64,000 bases of DNA from the human T2T-CHM13v2.0 reference genome, Homo sapiens. Positions 15,413 through 31,254 of this stretch are shown one piece after another. The notes under the pieces were generated by a model. It had not been told where the DNA came from, did no database searches, and saw only the letters and a list, made by a program, of their open reading frames with translations. The stretch is taken from assembly GCF_009914755.1 (NCBI RefSeq), contig NC_060940.1; one strand, written 5' to 3'. How positions within the stretch are numbered: position 1 is the stretch's first letter; each line of letters opens with the position of its first letter. A program made the position numbers and the translations under genes.

Positions 15413-18400
15413 ATTCCATTTGAGTCCAATCAATGATTCCATTCATTTCCATTCAATGATTCCATTCGAGTCCATTTGATCATTCTGGTAGGGTCCGTTC
15501 GATGTTGATTCCATTGGAGTGCATTCGATGATTCCATTCGAGTCCATTTTAGGATTTGATTCGAGTCCTTTCGATGATTCCATTCGATTCCACTCGATGA
15601 TGATTTCATTCGAGTCCATTCGACACTTCCAATCGATTCCATTTGATGTTTCCATTCGAGTCCAATTGATGATTCCATTCAATTCCATTCGATGATGATT
15701 CCGTACGATTCCATTCTGTGATGATTCCATGTGATTGCATTCAATGATGATTCCTTTAGATTGCATTCGATTGTGATTCATTTCGTCTTCATTCTATGGT
15801 TCCACAGGTTTCCATTCGTGTCCATTCCATTATTCCATTCTATTCCATTTGGTGATGATTCCATTCGATTCCATTCATTGGTGATTCCACTCAATTCCAT
15901 TCAATGATTCCATTCCATTTCTTTCAACAATGATTCCATTAGTTTCTAATCGATGATCCACTTGATTCCATTTGACGACGATTCCATTCTTGTCCATTCG
16001 ATGATTCCATTTGATTCCATATGATGATGATTCCATTCGATTCCATACCATGATGATTCCATTCGAGTCCATTCAATGGTGATTCCATTCAATTCCATTC
16101 GATGATTCCTTTCGATTCCATTCGATGATGATGGCATTCGATTCCTTTCAATCATTCCCTTTGATTCCATTCAAAGGTGATTTCATTCAAGTCCATTCGA
16201 TAATTGCATTCGATTCCATTCTATGATGATTCCATTCGAGTCCATTTGATGATTCCATTCAATTCAAGTCAATGATGATTCCATTCGATTCCATTCGATG
16301 ATTCCATTGGATTCCATTCGATGATGATTCCATTCAAATCCATTCGATAATTCAATTCAAGTCCATTCGATGATGATTAAAATCGAATCCATTCAAAGAT
16401 TCCATTCAGTTCCATTCGATGATTCCCTTAGATTCCATTCGATGATTCCACTTGATTGCATTTACGATGATTCCATTCGATTCCATGTGATGATTCCATT
16501 CAATTCTATTCAATGCTGTTTCCATTTGATTCCATTCGACCATGATTGCCTTTGATTCCATTCAATGACTCCATTCGGTTCCTTTTGATGATGATTCCGT
16601 TCGATTCCATTTGATGATTCCATTTGATTCCATTGGATGAGTCCATTCGATTACATTCGATGATTATTCCATTCGAGTGCATTAGATGATTCCATTCGAG
16701 TCCATTCGATGATTCCATTCGATTCCATTCGATGTTGATTCTGTTCAAATCCATTCGATGATTCCACTCGATTCCATTCGATGACTCCAGTTGATCCCAT
16801 TCGATGATTTCCTTTGATTCCCTTTGATGATCATTCCATTTGATTCAATTCGGTGATTTCATTTGATTCCATTCAGTGATGTTTCCATTCGACTCCATTC
16901 GATGATGATTCCATTCGACTCCATTCGATTATGATTTCATTCAATTCCATTCGATAATGATTCCCTTCGAGTCCATTCGATGATTCCATTCGATTCCATT
17001 CAACGATGATTTGATTCGTGTCCATTCGATGATTCCATTTGATTCCACTTGATGATGATTCCATTCGAGTCCATTTGATGATTCCATTCAATTCCATTCT
17101 CCGATGATTTCTTTTGAGCCCATTCAATGCTTCCACTCGATTCCATATGATGATGACTCCATTCGATGAAATTCGATGATGATTCCCTTTGATTCCATTC
17201 AAAGATGATTCCATTCTAGCCCATTCAATCATTCCATTCGATTCTATTCAATGATGATTCCATTCATGTCGATTTGGTGATTCCATTTGACTTCATTTGA
17301 TGATGATTCCTTTCAAGTTCATTAGATGATTCCATTCGATTCCATTTGATGATGATCCCATTGGAGTCCATTCAGTGATTCCACTCGTTTCCATTCCATG
17401 ATGATTCCATTCCATTCCATTCAATGATTACATTCGATTCCGTTTGATGATGATTTCATTCGAGTCCATTTGATGATTCCATTTGATTCCATTCGATGAT
17501 GATTCCATTCGATTCCATTCGATGATTCTATTCGAATCCATTTGATGATTTCTTTTGATTATAGTTGGTGATGATTCCATTGGAGTCCATTCAATGATTC
17601 CATTCGATTCCAATCGATGGTGATTCCATTAGAGTCCATTTAATGATTCCATTTGATTCCAGTCTCTGATGATTACATTCGAGTCCATACGACGATTCCA
17701 CTCAATTCCATATGATGATGATTCCATTCGATTCCATTCGATGATTCCATTCTATTCTATTCAATGGTGATTCCATTCGAGTACATTAGATGATTCCATT
17801 CGATTCCATTCAATGATGATTCTATTTGTGTCCCTTAGATGATTCCACATGATTCCATTATATGATGATACTATTTCAGCCCATCCAATTATTCCCTTCG
17901 ATTCCATTCGATGAGGATTCCATTCGATTCAATTCATTGGTGATTCTATTCAATTCAATTCTTTGATTCCATTCCATTCCATTCGACAATGATTCCATTC
18001 GATTTCTTTCGATGATTCCACTCGATTCCACTTGACATTGATTCCCTTCGATTCCATTCAATGATTCCATTTGATTCCAGTGGATGATGATTGCCATCGA
18101 TTCCATTCGATCACTCCATTCTATTCCATTTGATGATGATTACATTCGATTCCATTTGACGATTCCATCTGATTCTATTCGAGGATTCCATTTGATTCCA
18201 TTCGATGATGATTCCATTCGAGTCCATTCGATGATTTCATTCGAGTACATCCAATGATTCCATTCGAGTCCATTTGATGATTCCGTTTGATTCCATTTGA
18301 TAATGATTCTACTAGAGTCCATTCAATGACTCCATTCGAGTCCATTCAACAATTCCATTCGACTCCATTCGATGATTCCATTCGATTCCATTTGATGGTT

Positions 18401-20954
18401 CCATTCGAGTCCATTTAATCATTACAGTCGAGTCCATTTGGTGATTCCACTGGATTTCTTTTGATAATGATACCATTCAATTACATTTGATGATGATCCC
18501 ATTCAATTTCATTGGATGATGATTCCATTAGAGTCCATTCGATGATTTCATTCGAGTCCCTTCATTGATTCCATCCGATTTCATTGGATGATGACTCCAT
18601 TCGAGTCCATTCGATGATTCCACTCGATTCCATTAGATGACTCCATTGGAGTCCATTTGATTGTTCCATTCGATTCCATTCGATTCCTTTCGAAGATTAT
18701 TCCATTTGAGTCCATTCGATGATGATTCCATTCCATTCCATTCGATGATTCCGTTTGATTCCATTCGATGATTCCCTTCGATTCCTTTCTTTGATGATTC
18801 CATTCCATTCCATTCAATGATTCCATTCGAATCTATTCCATGATGATTCCTTTCGATTCCATTCGCTGATGTTTCCGTTCAATTCCATTCGATGATGATT
18901 CCATTCGATTCCATTCATTGAGGATTCCATTTGATTCCATTCAATGATGATTCCATTCTATTCCATTCAATGATTGCATTCAATTCCATTCAATGATTAT
19001 CCCATTAGAATAAACTCAACGATTCCATTCAATACCATTCGATGATGATTCCTTTTGAGTCCATTCAATGATTTCATTCAAGTCCATTTGATGATTCCTT
19101 TCAATTCCATTCTATGATGATTCCATTCGAGTCCATTCGATGATTCCATTCGATTGCATTCGATTATTCCATTATATTCCAGTCAACGGTGATTCCATTC
19201 GAGTCCATTCCATGATTCCATTAGAGTACATTTAATGATTGCTTTGTTTTCAATTCGAAGATGATTACATTGGATTCCATTCTATGATACCATTCGATTC
19301 CATTCAATGATGATTCCACTCAAATCCATTGGATGATTCCATTCCTGTCCATTCGGTGATTTCATTAGATTCCATTCGAGGATGATTCCATTCGATTCCA
19401 TTCGATGATTCCATTCAATTCCATTCGATGATGATTCCATTCCAGTCCATATGATCATTCCATTTGATTTCATTCGATGATGATTCCATTCGATTCGATT
19501 CGACGATTCCATTCTATTCCATTCGATGATGATTCCATTCGAGTCCATTCGATGATTCCATTCGAGTCCATTTAATGATTCCATTGGGTTCAATTCAATG
19601 ATGATTACATTGGATTCCGTTCTATGATTCCATTCAATTCCGTTCATTGACAATTTGATTCCATTCGATGATGATTCCATTTGAGTTCATTCGATGATTC
19701 TATTCGATTCTCTTCGATGGTGATTCAATTCTATTATATTGGATGATTCCATTCGATTCCATTTGATGTTGATTCAATTCGATTCTATTCGATGATGATT
19801 CCATTGGATTTCACTTGATGATTCTATTCGATTCCATTCAATGATGATTCACTTCTCGTCCACTGGATGATTCCATTTCATTCCATTCGATGATGATTCC
19901 ATTCGATTCCATTCGATGATTCCATTTGATTCCATGCGACGGTGAGCAATTCGATTCAATTCCATGATGATTCTATTTGATTCAATTAGATGATGTTTCC
20001 ATTCGAATCCATTCCATGATTATTCCATTGGAATCCATTCGGCGATGATTCCATATGAGTCAATTCAATGATGATTCCATATGGGTCCGTTCGATGATAA
20101 TTCCATTTGATTTCATTCGATGCTTCTATTCTATTCCAGTCGATGATGATTCCGTTGGAGTCCATACGATGATTCCATTTGATTTCATTTGATGATGATT
20201 CCATTCGATGATGATTACATTGGATTCCATTCTATGATTCCATTCAATTCCATTCGTTGATGATTCGATTCCATTCAATGATGATTCCATTTGAGTTCAT
20301 TCGATGATTCTATTCGATTCCGTTCGATGGTGATTCAATTCTATTATATTGGATGATTCCACTCGATTCCATTTGATGATTATTCCATTGGAGTCCACTT
20401 AGTGAATCCTTTAGATTCTACTCGACGATGATTCCATTCGAGTCCATTCGATGATACCATTCAATTCCATTCGTTGATGCTTCCATTCAAGTGCATTCGA
20501 TGATATCATTCGATTCCATTTGATGATAATTCCATTTGATTCCATGCGATGATTCTATTCGATTCCATTCAATGATAATTCCATTCAATTCAGTGATTCC
20601 TCTGGACTCCATTTGATGATGATTCCATTCAATGATTCCATTCGATTCTATTCCAAAATGATTCCATTTGAATCCATTTGATGATGATTCCATTAGATTC
20701 CATTTGATGATTCCATTCGATTCCATTTGACGATGATTCCATTCGATTCCATTTGATGATTCCATTCTATTCTATTCGATGATGATTCCATTCCATTCCA
20801 TTTGATGATGATTGGATTCGATTCCATTTGATGATTTCATTTGATTCCATTCGTTAATGATTTCGATCAACTCCATTCGATGATTCCATTTGATTCCATT
20901 CGATAATGATTACATCCGAGTCCATTCGATGATTCCATTTGAGCCCGTTCGATA
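15413..20954 (+). repeat. Unit 4: 5542-bp unit (type C; 6112 minus a 570-bp deletion)
   Basis: Landmark TTCTGGTAGGGTCC at 15483 and 21025. Deletion junction GAAATTCGATGATGATTCCCTTTG near 17171. Confidence 0.92.
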
Positions 20955-23900
20955 ATTCCATTTGAGTCCAATCAATGATTCCATTCATTTCCATTCAATG
21001 ATTCCATTCGAGTCCATTTGATCATTCTGGTAGGGTCCGTTCGATGTTGATTCCATTGGAGTGCATTCGATGATTCCATTCGAGTCCATTTTAGGATTTG
21101 ATTCGAGTCCTTTCGATGATTCCATTCGATTCCACTCGATGATGATTTCATTCGAGTCCATTCGACACTTCCAATCGATTCCATTTGATGTTTCCATTCG
21201 AGTCCAATTGATGATTCCATTCAATTCCATTCGATGATGATTCCGTACGATTCCATTCTGTGATGATTCCATGTGATTGCATTCAATGATGATTCCTTTA
21301 GATTGCATTCGATTGTGATTCATTTCGTCTTCATTCTATGGTTCCACAGGTTTCCATTCGTGTCCATTCCATTATTCCATTCTATTCCATTTGGTGATGA
21401 TTCCATTCGATTCCATTCATTGGTGATTCCACTCAATTCCATTCAATGATTCCATTCCATTTCTTTCAACAATGATTCCATTAGTTTCTAATCGATGATC
21501 CACTTGATTCCATTTGACGACGATTCCATTCTTGTCCATTCGATGATTCCATTTGATTCCATATGATGATGATTCCATTCGATTCCATACCATGATGATT
21601 CCATTCGAGTCCATTCAATGGTGATTCCATTCAATTCCATTCGATGATTCCTTTCGATTCCATTCGATGATGATGGCATTCGATTCCTTTCAATCATTCC
21701 CTTTGATTCCATTCAAAGGTGATTTCATTCAAGTCCATTCGATAATTGCATTCGATTCCATTCTATGATGATTCCATTCGAGTCCATTTGATGATTCCAT
21801 TCAATTCAAGTCAATGATGATTCCATTCGATTCCATTCGATGATTCCATTGGATTCCATTCGATGATGATTCCATTCAAATCCATTCGATAATTCAATTC
21901 AAGTCCATTCGATGATGATTAAAATCGAATCCATTCAAAGATTCCATTCAGTTCCATTCGATGATTCCCTTAGATTCCATTCGATGATTCCACTTGATTG
22001 CATTTACGATGATTCCATTCGATTCCATGTGATGATTCCATTCAATTCTATTCAATGCTGTTTCCATTTGATTCCATTCGACCATGATTGCCTTTGATTC
22101 CATTCAATGACTCCATTCGGTTCCTTTTGATGATGATTCCGTTCGATTCCATTTGATGATTCCATTTGATTCCATTGGATGAGTCCATTCGATTACATTC
22201 GATGATTATTCCATTCGAGTGCATTAGATGATTCCATTCGAGTCCATTCGATGATTCCATTCGATTCCATTCGATGTTGATTCTGTTCAAATCCATTCGA
22301 TGATTCCACTCGATTCCATTCGATGACTCCAGTTGATCCCATTCGATGATTTCCTTTGATTCCCTTTGATGATCATTCCATTTGATTCAATTCGGTGATT
22401 TCATTTGATTCCATTCAGTGATGTTTCCATTCGACTCCATTCGATGATGATTCCATTCGACTCCATTCGATTATGATTTCATTCAATTCCATTCGATAAT
22501 GATTCCCTTCGAGTCCATTCGATGATTCCATTCGATTCCATTCAACGATGATTTGATTCGTGTCCATTCGATGATTCCATTTGATTCCACTTGATGATGA
22601 TTCCATTCGAGTCCATTTGATGATTCCATTCAATTCCATTCTCCGATGATTTCTTTTGAGCCCATTCAATGCTTCCACTCGATTCCATATGATGATGACT
22701 CCATTCGATGAAATTCGATGATGATTCCCTTTGATTCCATTCAAAGATGATTCCATTCTAGCCCATTCAATCATTCCATTCGATTCTATTCAATGATGAT
22801 TCCATTCATGTCGATTTGGTGATTCCATTTGACTTCATTTGATGATGATTCCTTTCAAGTTCATTAGATGATTCCATTCGATTCCATTTGATGATGATCC
22901 CATTGGAGTCCATTCAGTGATTCCACTCGTTTCCATTCCATGATGATTCCATTCCATTCCATTCAATGATTACATTCGATTCCGTTTGATGATGATTTCA
23001 TTCGAGTCCATTTGATGATTCCATTTGATTCCATTCGATGATGATTCCATTCGATTCCATTCGATGATTCTATTCGAATCCATTTGATGATTTCTTTTGA
23101 TTATAGTTGGTGATGATTCCATTGGAGTCCATTCAATGATTCCATTCGATTCCAATCGATGGTGATTCCATTAGAGTCCATTTAATGATTCCATTTGATT
23201 CCAGTCTCTGATGATTACATTCGAGTCCATACGATGATTCCACTCAATTCCATATGATGATGATTCCATTCGATTCCATTCGATGATTCCATTCTATTCT
23301 ATTCAATGGTGATTCCATTCGAGTACATTAGATGATTCCATTCGATTCCATTCAATGATGATTCTATTTGTGTCCCTTAGATGATTCCACATGATTCCAT
23401 TATATGATGATACTATTTCAGCCCATCCAATTATTCCCTTCGATTCCATTCGATGAGGATTCCATTCGATTCAATTCATTGGTGATTCTATTCAATTCAA
23501 TTCTTTGATTCCATTCCATTCCATTCGACAATGATTCCATTCGATTTCTTTCGATGATTCCACTCGATTCCACTTGACATTGATTCCCTTCGATTCCATT
23601 CAATGATTCCATTTGATTCCAGTGGATGATGATTGCCATCGATTCCATTCGATCACTCCATTCTATTCCATTTGATGATGATTACATTCGATTCCATTTG
23701 ACGATTCCATCTGATTCTATTCGAGGATTCCATTTGATTCCATTCGATGATGATTCCATTCGAGTCCATTCGATGATTTCATTCGAGTACATCCAATGAT
23801 TCCATTCGAGTCCATTTGATGATTCCGTTTGATTCCATTTGATAATGATTCTACTAGAGTCCATTCAATGACTCCATTCGAGTCCATTCAACAATTCCAT

Positions 23901-26496
23901 TCGACTCCATTCGATGATTCCATTCGATTCCATTTGATGGTTCCATTCGAGTCCATTTAATCATTACAGTCGAGTCCATTTGGTGATTCCACTGGATTTC
24001 TTTTGATAATGATACCATTCAATTACATTTGATGATGATCCCATTCAATTTCATTGGATGATGATTCCATTAGAGTCCATTCGATGATTTCATTCGAGTC
24101 CCTTCATTGATTCCATCCGATTTCATTGGATGATGACTCCATTCGAGTCCATTCGATGATTCCACTCGATTCCATTAGATGACTCCATTGGAGTCCATTT
24201 GATTGTTCCATTCGATTCCATTCGATTCCTTTCGAAGATTATTCCATTTGAGTCCATTCGATGATGATTCCATTCCATTCCATTCGATGATTCCGTTTGA
24301 TTCCATTCGATGATTCCCTTCGATTCCTTTCTTTGATGATTCCATTCCATTCCATTCAATGATTCCATTCGAATCTATTCCATGATGATTCCTTTCGATT
24401 CCATTCGCTGATGTTTCCGTTCAATTCCATTCGATGATGATTCCATTCGATTCCATTCATTGAGGATTCCATTTGATTCCATTCAATGATGATTCCATTC
24501 TATTCCATTCAATGATTGCATTCAATTCCATTCAATGATTATCCCATTAGAATAAACTCAACGATTCCATTCAATACCATTCGATGATGATTCCTTTTGA
24601 GTCCATTCAATGATTTCATTCAAGTCCATTTGATGATTCCTTTCAATTCCATTCTATGATGATTCCATTCGAGTCCATTCGATGATTCCATTCGATTGCA
24701 TTCGATTATTCCATTATATTCCAGTCAACGGTGATTCCATTCGAGTCCATTCCATGATTCCATTAGAGTACATTTAATGATTGCTTTGTTTTCAATTCGA
24801 AGATGATTACATTGGATTCCATTCTATGATACCATTCGATTCCATTCAATGATGATTCCACTCAAATCCATTGGATGATTCCATTCCTGTCCATTCGGTG
24901 ATTTCATTAGATTCCATTCGAGGATGATTCCATTCGATTCCATTCGATGATTCCATTCAATTCCATTCGATGATGATTCCATTCCAGTCCATATGATCAT
25001 TCCATTTGATTTCATTCGATGATGATTCCATTCGATTCGATTCGACGATTCCATTCTATTCCATTCGATGATGATTCCATTCGAGTCCATTCGATGATTC
25101 CATTCGAGTCCATTTAATGATTCCATTGGGTTCAATTCAATGATGATTACATTGGATTCCGTTCTATGATTCCATTCAATTCCGTTCATTGACAATTTGA
25201 TTCCATTCGATGATGATTCCATTTGAGTTCATTCGATGATTCTATTCGATTCTCTTCGATGGTGATTCAATTCTATTATATTGGATGATTCCATTCGATT
25301 CCATTTGATGTTGATTCAATTCGATTCTATTCGATGATGATTCCATTGGATTTCACTTGATGATTCTATTCGATTCCATTCAATGATGATTCACTTCTCG
25401 TCCACTGGATGATTCCATTTCATTCCATTCGATGATGATTCCATTCGATTCCATTCGATGATTCCATTTGATTCCATGCGACGGTGAGCAATTCGATTCA
25501 ATTCCATGATGATTCTATTTGATTCAATTAGATGATGTTTCCATTCGAATCCATTCCATGATTATTCCATTGGAATCCATTCGGCGATGATTCCATATGA
25601 GTCAATTCAATGATGATTCCATATGGGTCCGTTCGATGATAATTCCATTTGATTTCATTCGATGCTTCTATTCTATTCCAGTCGATGATGATTCCGTTGG
25701 AGTCCATACGATGATTCCATTTGATTTCATTTGATGATGATTCCATTCGATGATGATTACATTGGATTCCATTCTATGATTCCATTCAATTCCATTCGTT
25801 GATGATTCGATTCCATTCAATGATGATTCCATTTGAGTTCATTCGATGATTCTATTCGATTCCGTTCGATGGTGATTCAATTCTATTATATTGGATGATT
25901 CCACTCGATTCCATTTGATGATTATTCCATTGGAGTCCACTTAGTGAATCCTTTAGATTCTACTCGACGATGATTCCATTCGAGTCCATTCGATGATACC
26001 ATTCAATTCCATTCGTTGATGCTTCCATTCAAGTGCATTCGATGATATCATTCGATTCCATTTGATGATAATTCCATTTGATTCCATGCGATGATTCTAT
26101 TCGATTCCATTCAATGATAATTCCATTCAATTCAGTGATTCCTCTGGACTCCATTTGATGATGATTCCATTCAATGATTCCATTCGATTCTATTCGAAAA
26201 TGATTCCATTTGAATCCATTTGATGATGATTCCATTAGATTCCATTTGATGATTCCATTCGATTCCATTCGACGATGATTCCATTCGATTCCGTTTGATG
26301 ATTCCATTCTATTCTATTCGATGATGATTCCATTCGATTCCATTCGATGATGATTGGATTCGATTCCATTTGATGATTTCATTTGATTCCATTCGTTAAT
26401 GATTTCGATCAATTCCATTCGATGATTCCATTCGATTCCATTCAATAATGATTACATCCGAGTCCATTCGATGATTCCCTTTGAGCCTGTTCGATA
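20955..26496 (+). repeat. Unit 5: second 5542-bp unit (type C)
   Basis: The ORF track repeats unit 4 with a 5542 offset, and the same deletion junction is at 22713. Confidence 0.92.
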
Positions 26497-29400
26497 ATTC
26501 CATTTGAGTCCAACCAATGATTCCATTCATTTCCATTCAATGATTCCATTCGAGTCCATTTGATCATTCCGGTAGGGTCCATTCGATGTTGATTCCATTG
26601 GAGTGCATTCGATGATTCCATTCGAGTCCATTTTAGGATTTGATTCGAGTCCTTTCGATGATTCCATTCGATTCCACTCGATGATTTCATTCGAGTCCAT
26701 TTGACACTTCCAATCGATTCCATTTGATGATTCCATTCGAGTCCAATTGATGATTCCATTCAATTCCATTCGATGATGATTCCGTACAATTCCATTCTGT
26801 GATGATTCCATGTGATTGCATTCAATGATGATTCCTTTCGATTGCATTCGATTATGATTCATTTCGTGTTCATTCTATGGTTCCACAGGTTTCCATTCGT
26901 GTCCATTCCATTATTCCATTCTATTCCATTTGATGATGATTCCATTCGATTCCATTCATTGGTGATTCCACTCAATTCCATTCAATGATTCCATTCCATT
27001 TCTTTCAACAATGATTCCATTAGTTTCTAATCGATGATCCACTTGATTCCATTTGACGACGATTCCATTCTTGTCCATTCGATGATTCCATTTGATTCCA
27101 TATGATGATGATTCCATTCGATTCCATACCATGATGATTCCATTCGAGTCCATTCAATGGTGATTCCATTCAATTCCATTCGATGATTCCTTTTGATTCC
27201 ATTCGATGATGATTGCATTCGATTCCTTTCAATCATTCCCTTTGATTCCATTCAAAAGTGATTTCATTCAAGTCCATTCGATAATTGCATTCGATTCCAT
27301 TCTATGATGATTCCATTCGAGTCCATTTGATGATTCCATTCAATTCAAGTCAATGATGATTCCATTCGATTCCATTCGATGATTCCATTGGATTCCATTC
27401 GATGATGATTCCATTCAAATCCATTCGATAATTCAATTCAAGTCCATTCGATGATGATTCCAATCGAATCCATTCAAAGATTCCATTCAGTTCCATTCGA
27501 TGATTCCCTTAGATTCCATTCGATGATTCCACTTGATTGCATTTACGATGATTCCATTCGATTCCATGTGATGATTCCATTCAATTCTATTCAATGATGT
27601 CTCCATTTGATTCCATTCGACCATGATTGCCTTTGATTCCATTCAATGATTCCATTCGGTTCCGTTTGATGATGATTCCGTTCGATTCCATTTGATGATT
27701 CCATTTGATTCCATTGGATGAGTCCATTCGATTACATTCGATGATTATTCCATTCGAGTGCATTAGATGATTCCATTCGAGTCCATTCGATGATTCCATT
27801 CGATTCCATTCGATGTTGATTCTGTTCAAATCCATTCGATGATTCCACTCGATTCCATTCGTTGACTCCATTTGATCCCATTCGATGATTTCCTTTGATT
27901 CCCTTTGATGATCATTCCATTTGATTCAATTCGGTGATTTCATTTGATTCCATTCAGTGATGTTTCCATTCGACTCCATTCGATGATGATTCCATTCGAC
28001 TCCATTCGATTATGATTTCATTCAATTCCATTCGATAATGATTCCCTTCGAGTCCATTCGATGATTCCATTCGATTCCATTCAACGATGATTTGATTCGT
28101 GTCCATTCGATGATTCCATTTGATTCCACTTGATGATGATTCCATTCGAGTCCATTTGATGATTCCATTCAATTCCATACTCCGATGATTTCTTTTGAGC
28201 CCACTCAATGCTTCCACTCGATTCCATATGATGATGACTCCATTCGATGAAATTCGATGATGATTCCATTCGCTTGCTTTCGATGATGATTCCACTTGAG
28301 TCCGTTAGAAGATTCTATTCAATTACATTCCATGACGATTCCGTTCGAGTCCATTTGATGATTCCATTAGACTCCATTCGACGATGATTCCATTCGATGT
28401 TATTCGATGATTCCATTCGATCTCATTCGATGATGATTCCATTCAACTCCATTCGATGTTTCCATTCGAGTTCATTCTATTATTCCATTAGATTCCATTC
28501 GATGATGATTCCATTCGATTCCATTTGATGATTGCATTCTATTTCATTTGATGATGATTCCATTCGAGTCCACTCGATGATTCCATTCGAGTCCATTTAA
28601 TGAATCCATTGGTTTCAATTCTATGATGATTACATTGGATTCCATTCGTTGATGATTTCATTCGGTTCCATTCAAGGATGATTCCATTCAATTCCTTTCA
28701 ATGTTTCCATTCAATTCCATACGATGATGATTCCATTTGATTTGATTCGACAGTGAGCCATTCGATTCAATTCCATGATGATTCTATTTGATTCAATTGG
28801 TTGACATTTCCATTCGATTCCATTCGATGATGATTCCCTTTGATTCCGTTCAAAGATGATTCCATTCTAGCCCATTCAATCATTCCATTCGATTCTATTC
28901 AATGATGATTCCATTCATGTCGATTTGGTGATTCCATTTGACTTCATTTGATGATGATTCCTTTCAAGTTCATTAGATGATTCCATTCGATTCCATTTGA
29001 TGATGATCCCATTCGAGTCCATTCAGTGATTCCATTCGTTTCCATTCCATGATGATTCCATTCCTTTCCATTCAATGATTCCATTCGATTCCGTTTGATG
29101 ATGATTTCATTCGAGTCCATTTGATGATTCCATTTGATTCCATTCGATGATGATTCCATTCGAGTCCATTCGATGATTCTATTCGAATCCATTTGATGAT
29201 TTCTTTTGATTATATTTGGTGATGATTCCATTGGAGTCCATTCAATGATTCCATTCTATTCCAATCGATGATGATTCCATTAGAGTCCATTTAATGATTC
29301 CATTTGATTCCAGTCTCTGATGATTACATTCGAGTCCATACGATGATTCCACTCAATTCCATATGATGATGATTCCATTTGATTCCATTCGGTGATTCCA

Positions 29401-31254
29401 TTCTATTCTATTCAATGGTGATTCCATTCGAGTACATTAGATGATTCCATTCGATTCCATTCAATGATGATTCTATTTGTGTCCCTTAGATGATTCCACA
29501 TGATTCCATTAGATGATGATACTATTTGAGCCCATCCAATGATTCCCTTCGATTCCATTCGATGAGGATTCCATTCGATTCAATTCATTGGTGATTCTAT
29601 TCAATTCAATTCTTTGATTCCATTCCATTCCATTCGACAATGATTCCATTCGATTTCTTTCGATGATTCCACTCGATTCCACTTGACATTGATTCCATTC
29701 GATTCCATTCAATGATTCCATTTGATTCCAGTGGATGATGATTGCCATCGATTCCATTCGATCACTCCATTCTATTCCATTTGATGATGATTACATTCGA
29801 TTCCATTTGATGATTCCATCTGATTCTATTCGAGGATTCCATTTGATTCCATTCGATGATGATTCCATTCGAGTCCATTCGATGATTTCATTCGAGTACA
29901 TCCAATGATTCCATTCGAGTCCATTAGATGATTCCATTTGATTCCATTTGAAAATGATTCTACTAGAGTCCATTCAATGACTCCATTCGAGTCCATTCAA
30001 CAATTCCATTCGACTCCATTCGATGATTCCATTCGATTCCATTTGATGGTTCCATTCGAGTCCATTTAATCATTACAGTCGAGTCCATTTGGTGATTCCA
30101 CTGGATTTCTTTTGATAATGATACCATTCAATTACATTTGATGATGATCCCATTCAATTTCATTGGATGATGATTCCATTAGAGTCCATTCGATGATTTC
30201 ATTCGAGTCCCTTCATTGATTCCATCCGATTTCATTGGATGATGACTCCATTCGAGTCCATTCGATGATTCCAATCGATTCCATTAGATGACTCCATTGG
30301 AGTCCATTTGATTGTTCCATTCGATTCCATTCGATTCCTTTCGAAGATTATTCCATTTGAGTCCATTCGATGATGATTCCATTCCATTCCATTCGATGAT
30401 TCCGTTTGATTCCATTCGATGATTCCCTTCGATTCCTTTCTTTGATGATTCCATTCCATTCCATTCAATGATTCCATTCGAATCTATTCCATGATGATTC
30501 CTTTCGATTCCATTCGCTGATGTTTCCGTTCAATTCCATTCGATGATGATTCCATTCGATTCCATTCATTGAGGATTCCATTTGATTCCATTCAATGATG
30601 ATTCCATTCTATTCCATTCAATGATTGCATTCAATTCCATTCAATGATTATCCCCTTAGAGTAAACTCAACGATTCCATTCAATACCATTCGCTGATGAT
30701 TCCTTTTGAGTCCATTCAATGATTTCATTCAAGTCCATTTGATGATTCCTTTCAATTCCATTCTATGATGATTCCATTCGAGTCCATTCGATGATTCCAT
30801 TCGATTGCATTCGATGATTCCATTATATTCCATTCAACGGTGATTCCATTCGAGTCCATTCCATGATTCCATTAGAGTACATTTAATGATTGCTTTGTTT
30901 TCAATTCGAAGATGATTACATTGGATTCCATTCTATGATACCATTCGATTCCATTCAATGATGATTCCACTCAAATCCATTGGATGATTCCATTCGTGTC
31001 CATTCGGTGATTTCATTAGATTCCATTCGAGGATGATTCCATTCGATTCCATTCGATGATTCCATTCTATTCTATTCGATGATGATTCCATTCGATTCCA
31101 TTCGATGATGATTGGATTCGATTCCATTTGATGATTTCATTTGATTCCATTCGTTAATGATTTCGATCAATTCCATTCGATGATTCCATTCGATTCCATT
31201 CGATAATGATTACATCCGAGTCCATTCGATGATTCCCTTTGAGCCTGTTCGATA
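26497..31254 (+). repeat. Unit 6: 4758-bp unit lacking 1351 bp relative to unit 7
   Basis: Landmarks at 26567 and 31325. The junction at 31055-31067 joins sequences found at 35813 and 37164 in unit 7. Confidence 0.9.
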
